Assembly (NCBI GenBank): GCA_024704765.1
Contig: JAKMXF010000155.1
Span: forward strand, 373,810 to 437,809
Length of the DNA stretch: 64,000 nucleotides
From: Oopsacas minuta
Lineage: Eukaryota; Animalia; Porifera
Reading direction: 5' to 3'
Shown here one piece after another: positions 37,300-50,544 of this stretch. Under the pieces are notes generated by a model. The model was given only the letters and a program-made list of their open reading frames with translations. It was not told the origin of the DNA and ran no database searches. Position numbers and translations under genes: made by a program. Each line of letters starts with the position of its first letter. Positions within the stretch are counted from its first letter, which is position 1.

Positions 37300-40200
37300 G
37301 CATATCAAATGTTTAGTAGGATTAATGTGTGTTTAAGTCGAGAGATCGTTACTGATTTCATTGGTTGGGCAATCGTACAAAGAGAAGAAATTGACACTAA
37401 TGGTATTAATGCCTTAGAAGTTAAATATGGTGAGTATCGAAATCGAAATCAAAGTTTAGTTAATGAACCCCTTACTCACACCCGTCAAAATATTTGAAAT
37501 GGTTGAAAATGAGGAAATCACCAAACAGTCGTTAGAAATTGGTTCTGAGGTTGACATTGTAACCAATATATGCTACGAATCTATGGAGTTTCATCTCTTA
37601 CCGGCTGAATGGGATAATATTTGTGGTACAGATTACAACGGTATCGTGTCTTTAATGAGTAATTAGACAAATCCTTTGCTAATAAATACCATGAGATAAA
37701 CGAAATGTGTGTTATAAAATTCAATTATTATCATTGAATAAATCCTGATAGTTGTAAGGCAAACTCTCCTTTCTTTCGAACAAGAGCAGAGTGGAAATTT
37801 CATAGTTGTAGAGCTTACGTATTTATATAAGGGATGAAATGTTTTTGTTAAATAATGGGATAGTATTTAAGTTTACTCAGACTGCACCCTATCCCAGCAT
37901 ACAGATGCTACAATTGCTCATAGACGCCATTTATCTGGTAGTAAACCAAATGAAATGGGATGTTTATTAGGTCATAATTCTGTGAGTAAAATATTTTAAA
38001 CAATTTAACAATTGCTACAATTTGAAAGTTTAAATATTGTAATTTAACTCATTTTACAACACAAGACTATTTGAGTAAGGTAAAATCAGAAATTTAACCA
38101 AAGATACATTTTCTAATATCTACGTGGAAGATGTAGCAGCTACTCAACAATAATTTAGGTATTTGTTGCTAGATTCTCGTATTCCAGGTTATGTTCAATA
38201 TTCAATATTTCGTACAATATCCTTTCATAGTTAATATGCTTACTCCCAGACAGATAGACTTGGTGAAACTTATTCTGAATCAGCCTATCCTTTTAAATTT
38301 AGATACAACAGGTTCTTTTATTAGTAAGCCATCTTCCTGTGTAAATGCAAAGTTTATTATGCACTGACAATGTAAGATCCAGAATATGTTACTAGCCCAA
38401 TTTCTGTTGCAGAGATTGTAAGTGGTTATTATGGAACTGCAGAAATACCACATTTTAAATAACAAATGGTGTTTAAATCTCAAGTTAGTTTAAATACAGA
38501 GATTCAAATACGAAAGTTGAAATGGACTATTGTTGGGTGATGATACATAGTACTTGTTTTGTATTTAATTAGTTTCCTATTTTACATTACCTCCAATATT
38601 GTTGCAAATTTGCAATAAGTTGTTAAGAATTACATTTTCCCACAATTTTGCATGTTTGTTCAGCACATGTAATGTATAGGATTTGTTATAATAGGATTAG
38701 TCATATAAATTTATGCTTGAGAAGAAACTCAAACAAAAGATCTTAGATGGTACTGGTCATATGTTAACGAGCATAAAATATTCAAGAAGTTGATAATCTA
38801 TTTGAATTATTATGTTTTATTTTGTCTTTAGGAATACAAGCCAATTTTTAGAAAAAAACAAATTAATTGAATTAGAAGAGTGTGTTATGGAAGAATATAT
38901 TATTGGTAATGACATTCCAGAAGAGCTTGCTGGAAATGAAAATGCAGCACGTATAAAGAAAATTCCCCTTTTGGTAAACATTACGAGCAAGTATATTTAA
39001 AGTGTAAATCTCAAATTAAGGATATCGAGAACATTTCTAAAGTTAAAGATGTTAATAATTCATATTTCCCTAGCATAATCGAATATTTGTTAACTTATTA
39101 CATACTATTGCTACCCTTGTGGAGTGTAGTCATGTTGTTTAGATTATGTGGTGACAATGATATTACCATAATCGACAGTAACGCTATTGTAGGAAATTGG
39201 TTTAGGATAGCAAAACATAGTATTTTTCATTATGAAACTAAGTAAAGACCACAGGATTCATTATATCGATATACGCTAATATACTAGATGAATGGATTGC
39301 TGCATTCAAATTTGCTTTTACAACATTAGTAAGTAAATTATTTAAACAAAAATAGAAAATGTTGTGTAAAATGAGAAGATTGTAAAGAGGAGTGGTCCAA
39401 AAGGAAAATACCAAATTTAGCTATATTAAACATTCGATTTAAAAATTTAATGGTATTTATAAGTTTTACTGCGAAATATAAGCCATTAGATAGTCTACCA
39501 AAGCCGTCAGCAAACACAGACATTCAATGGCCAAGTTAAGTATGTGAGTGAGCATTTTAAATACCCAGAGGATGTTCAGAATATTAGTAACCAGGTAAGG
39601 AAGTAGAAATAATTACCTATTTAGACCTTATAGAGTTGGGTGAACTAGAATGTATATTTCCTAGGTTCCAACCAATTACTTATAATGGAAGAAAGGTTAT
39701 ACTTCAATTTGTATAATTCACTAGTTTCTTCCAGAAATGAAGTACCATTAAATTCCAATTATAATATCCTTCTAAAATGTTATATGTTTCTGGAGATGGT
39801 AGTTGCGTATTTTGGATTACAGGAAATACTTATAATTGCATCATATTCGATCAATTATTACTGGTAATATGGTTGGAAAGTTAAAAGAACCTTTTAATAA
39901 ATTTATCCAAAACAAAATTCCATGATCAATATTTAATTACAGAAATGTTAATTACTATATCATTAAAACGAATATGCGTAAGAACACAACTTGGGAACTG
40001 ATGTGGAAATATTTGTTGTAGCTTTGTTATTTTAAAAAGATGTTGGAATTTTACTGCAACTATGGGAAATAGTGGATGGTGTTTTCGGGTAAAGGGTATG
40101 GTATGAATGATGCTCTAGAATCGCCTCCAGCAAATCCTGAAGGCTCATTGTATTTAAATCAGAATAGGATTCATTATGAATCAATTTTAATGTATATATA
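37300..40200 (+). pseudogene. Degraded NOF-FB/Mutator-like transposase region followed by an OTU-like cysteine protease domain; boundaries approximate
   Basis: LPLWSVVM and SNAIV(G)NWFRIAKHSIF near 39110-39230. GDGSC at 39792-39806, GTDVEIFVVALLF near 39994, and HYESI near 40172 match OTU catalytic motifs. Many stops and frameshifts. Confidence 0.5.
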
Positions 40201-41012
40201 GCTGTTTTGTCTAAGACTACACCTCAGTGAGAAAATGCCTTACTGAAAATATGTATTCATATTCGGATCATGTATGCTGTAGGGATTAATTTCTACATGT
40301 ATATCGAATGAGGGTCTGAATATCAAAATAGGAAAATCAATGTGGTTTCACATGTTGAGTTGTATGATTTGATTATTCTGAACCTCATTAGACGTACTAG
40401 GGCGTTCAATAAGTCTTGCGGGTGATATCATAGAATGTGATACAAACACTATACACACTAATTCACTATATTATTTATTCAAAGTAATCCCCTCCTGCAG
40501 GTACACAAAGTTTTAACCTTTCCACCACTTGTAAAACACATTTCTGTACTCTTCTTCGGGGATGGATTTGAATTACTGGTACAGGCCCGTTCCGAGTGCT
40601 TGTAATGTGTTAAAATCTTTGCCTTGAACACTGGCGGATCCAGGGGGTATATATCCCCCACCAGAATTTTGGCCTCCTAGTCTTTCGAATTCATTCTGAT
40701 TATTATTTTTATTTTTCATACAATATTTCAATCATGTCTTAGATTTATAGCGTTTTACAATTATTTGTTGCTACTCAACTTCTCTCGGTTGTGAAATTAG
40801 CATAATGTACATATATAGCGCTAGGTTAGGTAATTGTCTTCACCTTTACCTTTGCTTGTATAACTCTGGACAGGTTTGACCACTTTCAATTTCTTGACCA
40901 TTTTTAATTTGCTTGCTTGTGGCCTGATAGCTATTTGTACTTTGACTTTTTCTAATCTTTGGAAATCTAGATATACCAAATTTGATTATGGATCCCACAA
41001 GAAAATGTTTGT

Positions 41013-42854
41013 TGTACAATTACACTAATGTACCTCTTTTTATTGGTAAGAGGTATCAAATCACTGCTAATAGATTTGAATCGAGTATGTTCAGAGAAGA
41101 ATAGTAATCGAAAGAAATCCAAAATCAGATGAAAACTGACAAAGTTGGAACATTTTTGGCTACTAAGCCAAATCCTATGGAGAAAATTGTATTATCGAAT
41201 AGACGCAAATTATACTAATAGAATTGCTTGCATTAGACTATGTAATATAATTGGATGTGCATATTGCATATTGAGGTTAACGAGTAAGAGATTTTTAGCT
41301 CAGCTTAACTACGACTGTAACAATGTAAGAAAAGGAATGCGGAACCACAGAAGATATACTTCTGTAGCTAGTTACATACAATACATACACATAAGAATTT
41401 ATAACAAATCTACACAGTAAACAAGGTATTACATGCATTATACTAATGTCTAAATTGAGTTACTATACTACAGGATACTGTGACCTAATTTCTGAAATGA
41501 TGTTCTTGAAACTGTTTAAACAATTTTTCTTCTTCCAGCAATGTTCTGCCAGATAAGTATCGAAGAGTTCCGTATTAGTTGTCATCAAATTTCTGCTTCT
41601 TTTTTAAAAGCCCCCAAGCCGATTCAATGGTTTGCGTATGCGCGCCTGTTGTTGGGTCCACAAAATTTTCGCTATGATTAACTGTATAATGAGGAAATGT
41701 TTGGGGTGTATTTGATTATAGGAAGCCCATTTGTCAGACATTATGATACTTCCTGGGAGAATAAATTCGTTAACCAATGGAATAAGTGTAGAAGCCGATC
41801 TATCTGCAACTGGTATCATAAACATGTCACTAGTCCCCTACAAACTCCACCAAACACCCATTGGCCAGATAATAACCTACCACGACTGTATTTATGATTA
41901 CCAAATTTGCTTTCATCAATTTCCACAATTTCTCCTGGTCCTCCTATAGGCTCGGGGTACGATAAATACCCTGTTACACAAATGTCACGCATATAGTTTT
42001 TCCAACCTGTAATCGTGGACCTTGACCATCCTAAATTTTCTTCAAAAGTTTCTGTAGTTTGATAATCCTTTGACCAGAGAAAGATAAACTCAATGAGCTC
42101 TATGAGTTTTAGGTTAGAGGACTCAAAGAAAGAACCTACCCGAAGTGACGCTACCTTTCTACAGGCTTTCTCCATGCACCTACAACCTAGCTCTTTAGCA
42201 GCATGGGAAAAATTCCCTATCTTCACTAATCTTCCGCATTTACATACTATTCCCCTTGCCAGAAGGCCATTTTCTTGCAACCATCTGATGACTGCATCCT
42301 GGTCAGTAACTATGCTTTGGTAAAATCTTTTCAACGGAACAACACCAATATCTGGAAAAATAATTGGCATTAACATCGGGGTAAATGTTAGTGAAGCAGC
42401 AGCCATGGATTCGTGTTTGAATGAATTCTAAAGTGATAAATGGGAAAATACTATATTTATGTTGACGAATGCAAAATGTAATATGATAAGGTTAGCTTGC
42501 CACAGAAGTATATCTTCTGTGGTTTTGCATTCCTTTTGTTACATTGTTACAGTCGTAGTTAAGCTGAGCTAAAAATCTCTTACTCGTTAACCTCAATATG
42601 CAATATGCACATCCAATTATATTACATAGTCTAATGCAAGCAATTCTATTAGTATAATTTGCGTCTATTCGATAATACAATTTTCTCCATAGGATTTGGC
42701 TTAGTAGCCAAAAATGTTCCAACTTTGTCAGTTTTCATCTGATTTTGGATTTCTTTCGATTAATATTCTTCTCTGAACATACTCGATTCAAATCTATTAG
42801 CAGTGATTTGATATCTCTTACCAATAAAAAGAGGTACATTAGTGTAATTGTACC
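41013..42854 (-). mobile_element. Merlin (IS1595/IS1016-like) transposon with ~360-bp TIRs
   Basis: 41013-41370 is a near-perfect inverted copy of 42494-42854. Transposase in between. TSD not convincing. Confidence 0.9.
41480..42406 (-). pseudogene. Merlin DDE transposase, frameshifted
   Basis: IGGPGEIVEIDESKFG, GQWVFGGV, IIMSDKWASY, VNHSENFVDPTTGAHTQTIESAW. Confidence 0.9.
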
Positions 42855-45800
42855 AATGATACAACTATGCAAGAAACGTTGTTGGTAGACCCAGGATCAC
42901 TGTCAAATCAAGATTCTTCTTACATTGCTGAAGGTATGACAGAGAGGTCATCCTTGGATACCGATTTAGATTTAAATGATATTGGACATTTGTATAAGTT
43001 CCGCGAGAATGATTGGTTTTTAGATTATCCTGCACTCTCTGATTTACAAAAATTAAATTTGCTCGCAAAACATCGCATGCCTGATCTTAATTTTTCATTT
43101 CCTTTTGGTGAAAAGCTTATCAGTTCAGCTCCTAAGGGTGAAAGGAAGACTCAGAAGGTCTATTTATCATTTTCTCATATCACTGGAAAATTTGATTGTT
43201 TTAAATATTCGTTTTTAATTAAGGGAGTTGTTTGTGTTCCTTGTGCACTGTTCACTTCGAGAGAAGTTGAAAATGACAAAGGAAAGTTAACAAAAGTTGG
43301 TTCATTTGTTCAAACTCCATTTACAAAATTACAAAAAGATTCATGATAAGGTTAAAGAACATATTTTAAAAGATTACCACAAATCTGCTCAAAAACGAGC
43401 CGACATTTTCGTTTACAACTTACAAAATCCAAAAAGTATAGTGACATCAATTTGTGAAGCACGTAAGGACGAGGAAAATGAAAATAGGGGACGCCTTATT
43501 CCGATCATTAAAACGATAATCTTGTGTTGTAGATTAGGTATTGCTCTAAGAAGCCACAGGGATGATGTGCAATTAAATGATGAAGTTGATATCTCTGGAC
43601 AATCTGGGAATTTCCGTGCTTTATTGGCTTTTAGGGTTGAAAGTGGTGACAAATTATTAAAGGAACATGCAAGTCACAGATTAAACCTTGTGCTTAATGA
43701 TTCTTCAAAATTAACAGAAATGAGATACATGTTTGATATTGTTTCTGCGCGATAAATTATATCAATGATTCTTCTGGAAGAAGGAATGTTTTCGACGCAC
43801 AGTTCATTTCATATTGTCACTAGGTTTGTTGAGAGACATAATGCAATTATAAGATTCTGTTCCAATATTTCATCTATTGTTTTAGGCCTAGAAATAATTA
43901 TTAGCGACAATCATTTCGGTTGTAAATCTCGAGCTCAAGCACTTTCCCACTTAAATTCTATTAAATATTCCTCCTTTTTATTATCACTAGCATGTGTTGG
44001 TAGAGTAATGTCAATTACTATTATTCTTTCCAAGATGTTGCAGACTGTGAATCTAAATTATGTTGAATGCATGCAATTAATTGAATCAACAATAGAAACG
44101 CTTGCCGTATTGAGAGAGGATTCACAACAATAATGGAATGGGAGTAAGCTTAGTATATTTAGTACAGTTGAATCATACTCACAAATCTTACGAATAACAC
44201 TATCTAAACCAAGAAATTCGTCTAAAGGAATTCTCAGTATATCATATGATGAATCTTGTGTAACTATGGGGTACTTCTTCGAATCTTACATGTGAAAGTA
44301 CCTACCTGTGACTATTACAGGCAAAACATTTGGATTCCCTACATAGATGGAGTTATTGAGCATCTAAATTTGAGATTTTCAGGTTAATCAAAGATTGCGT
44401 TACAATTGAATAGGTTATTACAAACAAATGAAATAAATATAAACTTATTCGAAACTGTGTATTCTTTCTATCAAACACTATTGAATTGTACACAAATGGA
44501 ATTTTTGAGGAATTTAGAGTCTTCCAATCATTTCAAAGAAAAGTAGATACGGGAGATATCCATGAGTCCCTTTCAAGTTTACCATTCCACTTCGAAAATG
44601 TAAAGAAATTATTTCAAATAGCATTGACATTACCTGTTACTACATGTACTCCAGAAAGATGCTTTAGTCTATGAAAATTTTGAAAAACAGGCTCAGATCA
44701 TCAATGTTGGACGAACGACTAAGCGGATTAGCTTTGATGTATATTCATAAGGACATAGAAATTGATATATCTATTATAATCAATCGATTTGCACTTGCAA
44801 AAAAGCGCAAAATAGATTTTGTAATATAGTATCGTAATTTAGATTTTAGATTTTTACATTCCATACTGAATGAATAATTTAACAGATATTCTATATACGT
44901 GCATACGCTATTAGATGATATTGATTAAATGTAGTAATCTAAACTGGATACAAGTGGAATATAGGAAAGACCTTCAATCAGTGAGAATAGAATAAAAAAC
45001 ACATGAAATTGCAGTTAGTTGGGTGGCCAGGGGCTTCGCTCCTGGAGCCACTGGGGGGCTTACAGCGTCCCCCAAACCCCGAGCTGGGTTGATATCCCCC
45101 CACCAGAGATTCCTGGATCCGCCACTGGCCTTGAAGGTAGATTTTAAGCTTGGGGAATAGCCAAAAATCACACGAAGCTAGGTCTGGTGAATATGGTGGA
45201 TGGGGAAGTAATTCTAACCCTTCTATATCCAAGAAACTTTTGGTAAGCTTAGCTGTATGGGAGCTGGCGTTATCAATTATAATCTTCATTCCTCGAGTTC
45301 TGGTTTTCGGGCGGTACTATTCTATATTTTAGATCAAATTTGGAAGCACTTGCTCTGTAAAGAAAGTATCAGTAACAGCCTTGCCACTTTCACAAGGTAA
45401 TTGCAAGACAATTCCATCACTACTGAAGAAGATGGTATACATAATCTTAGGTTCCCTGAAGTCGGGCCTAGGAATTTTTGCCGGTTGTTCGTCGTCCCTC
45501 ACCTATGATCGCTTCTTATACTTGCTATATGGTGTTGAATAGTATACCCACGTCTCGTCACCAGTAATAATCTCTGTTAGGCGTCTAGAATCGCAGTTCT
45601 CATAAGTTTTCAAGAGTTTCTTGGCAATATTCAGTCGTGCCAACCTTTGATTCTCACTACGCTTATGCGGGACCCATTTCCCACAAATCGATCGGTAGTC
45701 AAGCTCAGTCGTCAGAATTGTATGAATAGCTCCCGATGCAATCTCCATACTTTGTTCTAACTGATTGACAGTAATGCACTTGTCTTCCATGACCATACTT

Positions 45801-46559
45801 TGAATGAGTGCGACATTCTCTGAAGTGGTGGAGGATACCGGTCTTCCAGATCGAGGCAAATCTGTGACATCAGCATCACCAGATCTAAAACGGTCAGCCC
45901 ATCGCTCTACAATAGATCTGGAAGTGCAATCCATGTAAATATATCTCCTGTAACTCGCTGAGGATCTTTACGGGCTAGATCTTGAGTATTGTGCGAAACT
46001 CTATGTAAGCTCGCCATTTGAGGTTGAAATTATCATCCTTTGAAGCCATAAATTCAACAGTGGGTATAAATTGACTACACGTAACTATCTTAAAGATTCA
46101 TAATTTGTATTGAATAAGCTTGAAACTTTCAGTATATGGAGTTTAACTATATTGGCTTATAATATATGAAAGTTAGATATATTACTTGACTAATTCCTAA
46201 GATACATCCTGACCCGCAAGACTTATTGAACCCCCTGATAACAACCTTTGTTTATTTGATTATTTCCCTGTTTTTTAGATAATTCTGACGTGGGAATTCG
46301 ATTTGACTGTGCTTTTAATGTATCATCAATAATTTTAGTGAAAATGTCAAATTCTACTTTTTTGATTTTCTCTTCATATTTCCCATTATACATTGGCATG
46401 ATATTATATTCATTTTAAATATTGATTTTTTTAGATAAATTGTTGCCTCCAGATTGTATTTGTTGATGGCTGCCAGAAGAATTTGTAAGCTGTCACCAGA
46501 TTCGTTTTGCTATGTGTGCGGATGCTACATTGGATCAAGGCAAGTCAAGCATAATAACT

Positions 46560-48140
46560 CCCGGTACAAAATTGTGTATTGCTTATTATGCCTGTTTTGC
46601 ATGCCAATGGGTGAACAAGACAAAATGTGATTTCCTCACTTCTGCTGTGGATCATGTCGTTCCACCATAGAAGAATGGCTACGTGGAACCCGAAGGTGTA
46701 TGCCATTTGCAATACCTCGAATTTGGAGAGAACCAGTTAATCACCATGATGACTGCTACTTTTGTGTAGTAGATATTACAAAATATAAAGCAATTTAAAG
46801 ATGGAAAACATGTTGTTTATCCGAATATTCCATCGTCTATTGCCCCAGTGTCGTACAATGAAGATCTGCAAATTCCGATTTCTCCTTTCTTAGAAGGAAC
46901 TGTTGAATCTGAGTACATATCTTCTAGTGAGGAAGATAATATCAGCTCCGACGAAGACTTATCATGGAAACCACATTTCCTAATCAGCCAGAACTAAATG
47001 ACTTGGTCAGAGAATTAGGTCTGACAAAATCTAATGCGAGCTTTTGGGATCTCGTCTCAAAGAGTGGATTTACTTGGTCCTAGTTGTAAGATATCTATCT
47101 ATAGAAAACGGCATCATAATTTTGCATCTTTCTACAAACTTTCGCTTTCCAATTCTTTGTGTTACTGTTCTGATGTGGATGGCCTTTTTAACGAGATTGA
47201 TGTGGAATACAACCCTCCACATTGGCGTCTCTTCATTGATAGCACTACAGGAAGTCTAAAAGGTGCTTTGCTTTACAATGGCAACGAATTTCCAACAATT
47301 CTCCTATCTCACTCAGTTCATTTAAAGGAAAATTATGACAATGTGAAACATACGATGGAGATTATCAACTATCAAACACACAAATGGGATGTTTGTGGCG
47401 ACTTCAAAATGCTAGGATTTCTACTTGGATTACAGGCTGGTTATACAAAACATTCTTGCTTCCTTTCTTTGTTTGTGAAATAGTAGGGCAGATGACCAGC
47501 AATACGTTAAAAAAAATTGGCCCGTCAGAGAGGAGCTAATTCAAGTAACACAACGTCATTCACAATGCTCTTGTTCAACAAGAGAATGTTTTGTTGCTAC
47601 CACTTCACATAAAGTTAGGGCCTGTGAAGCAATTCATCAAATCTCTGAATCCCGATAGTGATACCTTCAAACATATACATTCAATGTTTCCAAAACTGTC
47701 TGAGGGAAAAGTAAGAAATGGAATCTTCGTTCGACCTCAAATTAGTTGGATGTTAGCGTGTAGCGAGTTAGAAACCAAAATGAATGTTGTTGAAAAGAGA
47801 GCTTGGCAAGCATTTAGGCCTGTAGTTAGTGGATTTTGGGGAATAGAAAGTCAGAAAACTATGAGGAACTCGTTGATAACTTAATTGCAAGTTATCAACA
47901 TCAAGGATGTAGAATGTCACCCAAACCACGTTATTTACACTCACACTTGGGCTTCCTTCAGGCCGAATTTGGGAGATGTGAGTGAAGAACAAGGTGAACG
48001 TTTCCACCAAGACATGTTTGTCATGGAGAAGAGGTATCAGGGAAAGTGGGACGAACGTATGATGGGAGATTACTAGTGGTCTTTGATACGCGATGCTCCG
48101 AGTATACGCAAAAGAAAATGTTTAAAAAAACATTTTTGAA
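46560..48140 (+). pseudogene. Degraded Chapaev3 transposase (second family); ends not resolved
   Basis: WREPVNHHDDCYFC, WRLFIDS, WDVCGDFKM, LPLHIKLG, DVSEEQGERFHQD, RYQGKW. Confidence 0.85.
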
Positions 48141-49236
48141 TTATAAGTCACTTATTACGTTATATAGTATAATATTGATTATATTATAATACAGTAAAAT
48201 GTCATATATATAAGGAACGCATTAGTATTAAGAAGATTCACGAGCAGTTGTTTAGGGGATGAAATATGATAAAATATGTATTTTGGATTTATTGAAGAAG
48301 TTTCGATTCTGATCTAACCATTGATGGAAATTAACAAATACTGCTACTTTGGTATTCACGCACCTGAAAGCAATTTTGATAAATTCACTGGAGAAAATAT
48401 AAGGTTCCATATAAATTCTAATGATATTTCACACTAGTACTTGTTATGGGAAAACTAAGCAAATTGAAAGCAAACTCGAAATACGGTAAACGAATATCTA
48501 CAAATATCGGATACGGCAATAATTATGGGACACCCTGTATATATAAATACACCATTTACTGCTTTCAAATTGAGCTTTTATTAACCTAAATTGTGAGTAT
48601 TCTTAGACAGTTAGTTTTGGAAAAAATTTAAATTGTTTCCTTGTCCTGCGATTTTCATATCAGTGTTCCCCTAAAGCCAAATGATAGACCACATTCAGCT
48701 GGCCTTCTTAAAAATTTGTGCAGAAAAGTTCCAGCTAGAGATTGCCGCCCTTTTCAGAACATATAGCGAAAGAGATCTGGGTCGAAAGATTGTATGCATC
48801 GTGCTCCCTGAATTGTTCATTCTTGGAATTTCACTACATACTCTTCTTTCCCTCAACACCGTTTACAACCTTCGTTCAAAACATATATTAGCCTCCCGCA
48901 GTATTCACTATGTATGTAGCACTATGTTCTAAGTTCTTCCTCAAGCCTTATTCACTAAAAGTTAAGTTCGCACTTTCATAACTTCGAAATATAATAGTTT
49001 GAAATATTCAGTAGAGACATTTTTCTACTATGAATATATATAATATTGACCCTTATCGATTGAAATAGACATGTATCGTTGATTAGTATCACTTTCGAAT
49101 AACTGACCTATCTGGCATTTTATATATTTAGTCCCCAATCCTTTTTACAGAATATGATATGAGTGTTTGGATTATGCAATCGATATCAATATTTGTTGCT
49201 AAAAGAAAATTTATACTTCAGAATTTTGATAGATTA

Positions 49237-50542
49237 CAGGGTGACAATTAAGTTCTGATACACGAATATACTCTGGTTTTTCCTAAACTAGTTATTCTTT
49301 CAATCTAAATTTCACTGGCAGTTAAAGCATATTATAATAAATCTTCATTCCAATTCTATTTGATATAACCGCCTTTTGCCTTTACTACAGCTTTAAGTCG
49401 TCCTTGAAATCGTTTGACAGATTTACGGAGTTCTTCTTGCGGGATTTTCGCCTATTCTGTAATCAAAGCCTTCCACAGAGATTCAAAATTTCTATGCGGA
49501 GTAGCGCAGAATCTGCTCTGTAAAGTCCCCCAGACGGAATAGTCAAGTGGATTCAAATCCGGACTTGAAGGAGGCCATTCTTCCTTGGACAAAAAGTCAA
49601 TATTTTCCCCTAAAAGCCAGGATTGAGTTGCTTCCGAGGCATACGCTGGCACAGAGTCCTGCTGGAATATCCAGGGTGTGTTTTTGAACAAGGATGAACC
49701 AGCAGATTTGATTACAGGCTCAAGAATCAAATCTCTATATGTTTGCGAGTTAATTTTGGTCCCTTGTGGGACAAAAATCAACTTTGTCCGAGAATCTGCG
49801 GACACCCCAGCCCAGACCATCACAGAAAGCGGTCTTTGCACTCGATCGATGAATTTAATGCTCTCAGGGTTGTCTTTGCATGACGACGCAATAATTCTGT
49901 CATTTTGGCAGTTAGTTGCTTCTTCTACTGTGAAAATCTTTTCGTCCGAAAACAATATCTGTTCATAATCTTCATTTACGAGGCGCGCAGAAGCCTTTTG
50001 CACCTTTCATGTCTTTTTACCCGAAGAGTGGGAGTGAGATGATGAACTGTTTGCCGTTAGAGTGATTTAAGTCCCAGGTCCTCATGTATCACCTTTCGCA
50101 ATGTTTCGCGATTAACAGAGTACTCCCTTGCCATCTTCTGGATTGACCGCCTGGGATTTCGGCCGATTTTACTGCGGAGTTTTTCCCTTAGTGCTCTCGT
50201 ACGAACCGTAGTCGGTCGGCCAGAACGAGGCTTACCTCCACACTTTTCAGTATCGTTATATCGTTTAATAGTACGATAAATGAATAATCTGTTGATCTTT
50301 TCACTTGTCAGTTTTTTCAAAATCTCGCTCTGTGTGCTCCCGGTCACAAATAGTGAGATAACTTTTGACCTCTTTACTTCCACGTTGAAATCTCTGATTT
50401 TATGCGTATATAGATTTAGATTACTGTTTGAGCATAACAGTAAGCATATATGTTAGAATATATATGATAGAAATGGTAATATAACACATTTGAAACATAT
50501 CAGATCTATGAAATTATGCATCAGAACTTAATTGTCACCCTG
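49237..50542 (-). mobile_element. DD37D maT transposon, frameshifted
   Basis: Perfect 23-bp TIR CAGGGTGACAATTAAGTTCTGAT, TA flanks. FSDEKIF, FQQD..37..NPLD. Confidence 0.93.
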
Positions 50543-50544
50543 TA

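Larger units (their letters stand above)
40629..45127 (+). mobile_element. hAT Tip100-like (ZMYM1/PRKRIR-like) transposon, internally deleted, carrying a nested Merlin
   Basis: 16-bp TIR CA(C/G)TGGCGGATCCAGG. Perfect 8-bp TSD GCCTTGAA (40621-40628, 45128-45135). Motifs ALRSHRDD, GNFRALL, ASHRLNLVL, TRFVERH, VTTCTPERCFS. Confidence 0.92.
40397..46238 (-). mobile_element. mariner (DD34D) element, split by a nested hAT
   Basis: TIRs CTAGGGCGTTCAATAAGTCTTGCGGGT / TCAGGGGGTTCAATAAGTCTTGCGGGT (rc) with TA flanks. WVPH, ITGDETWVYY, DNASSH...HPPYSPDLASCDFWLF (34 residues between the Asp residues). Confidence 0.92.
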
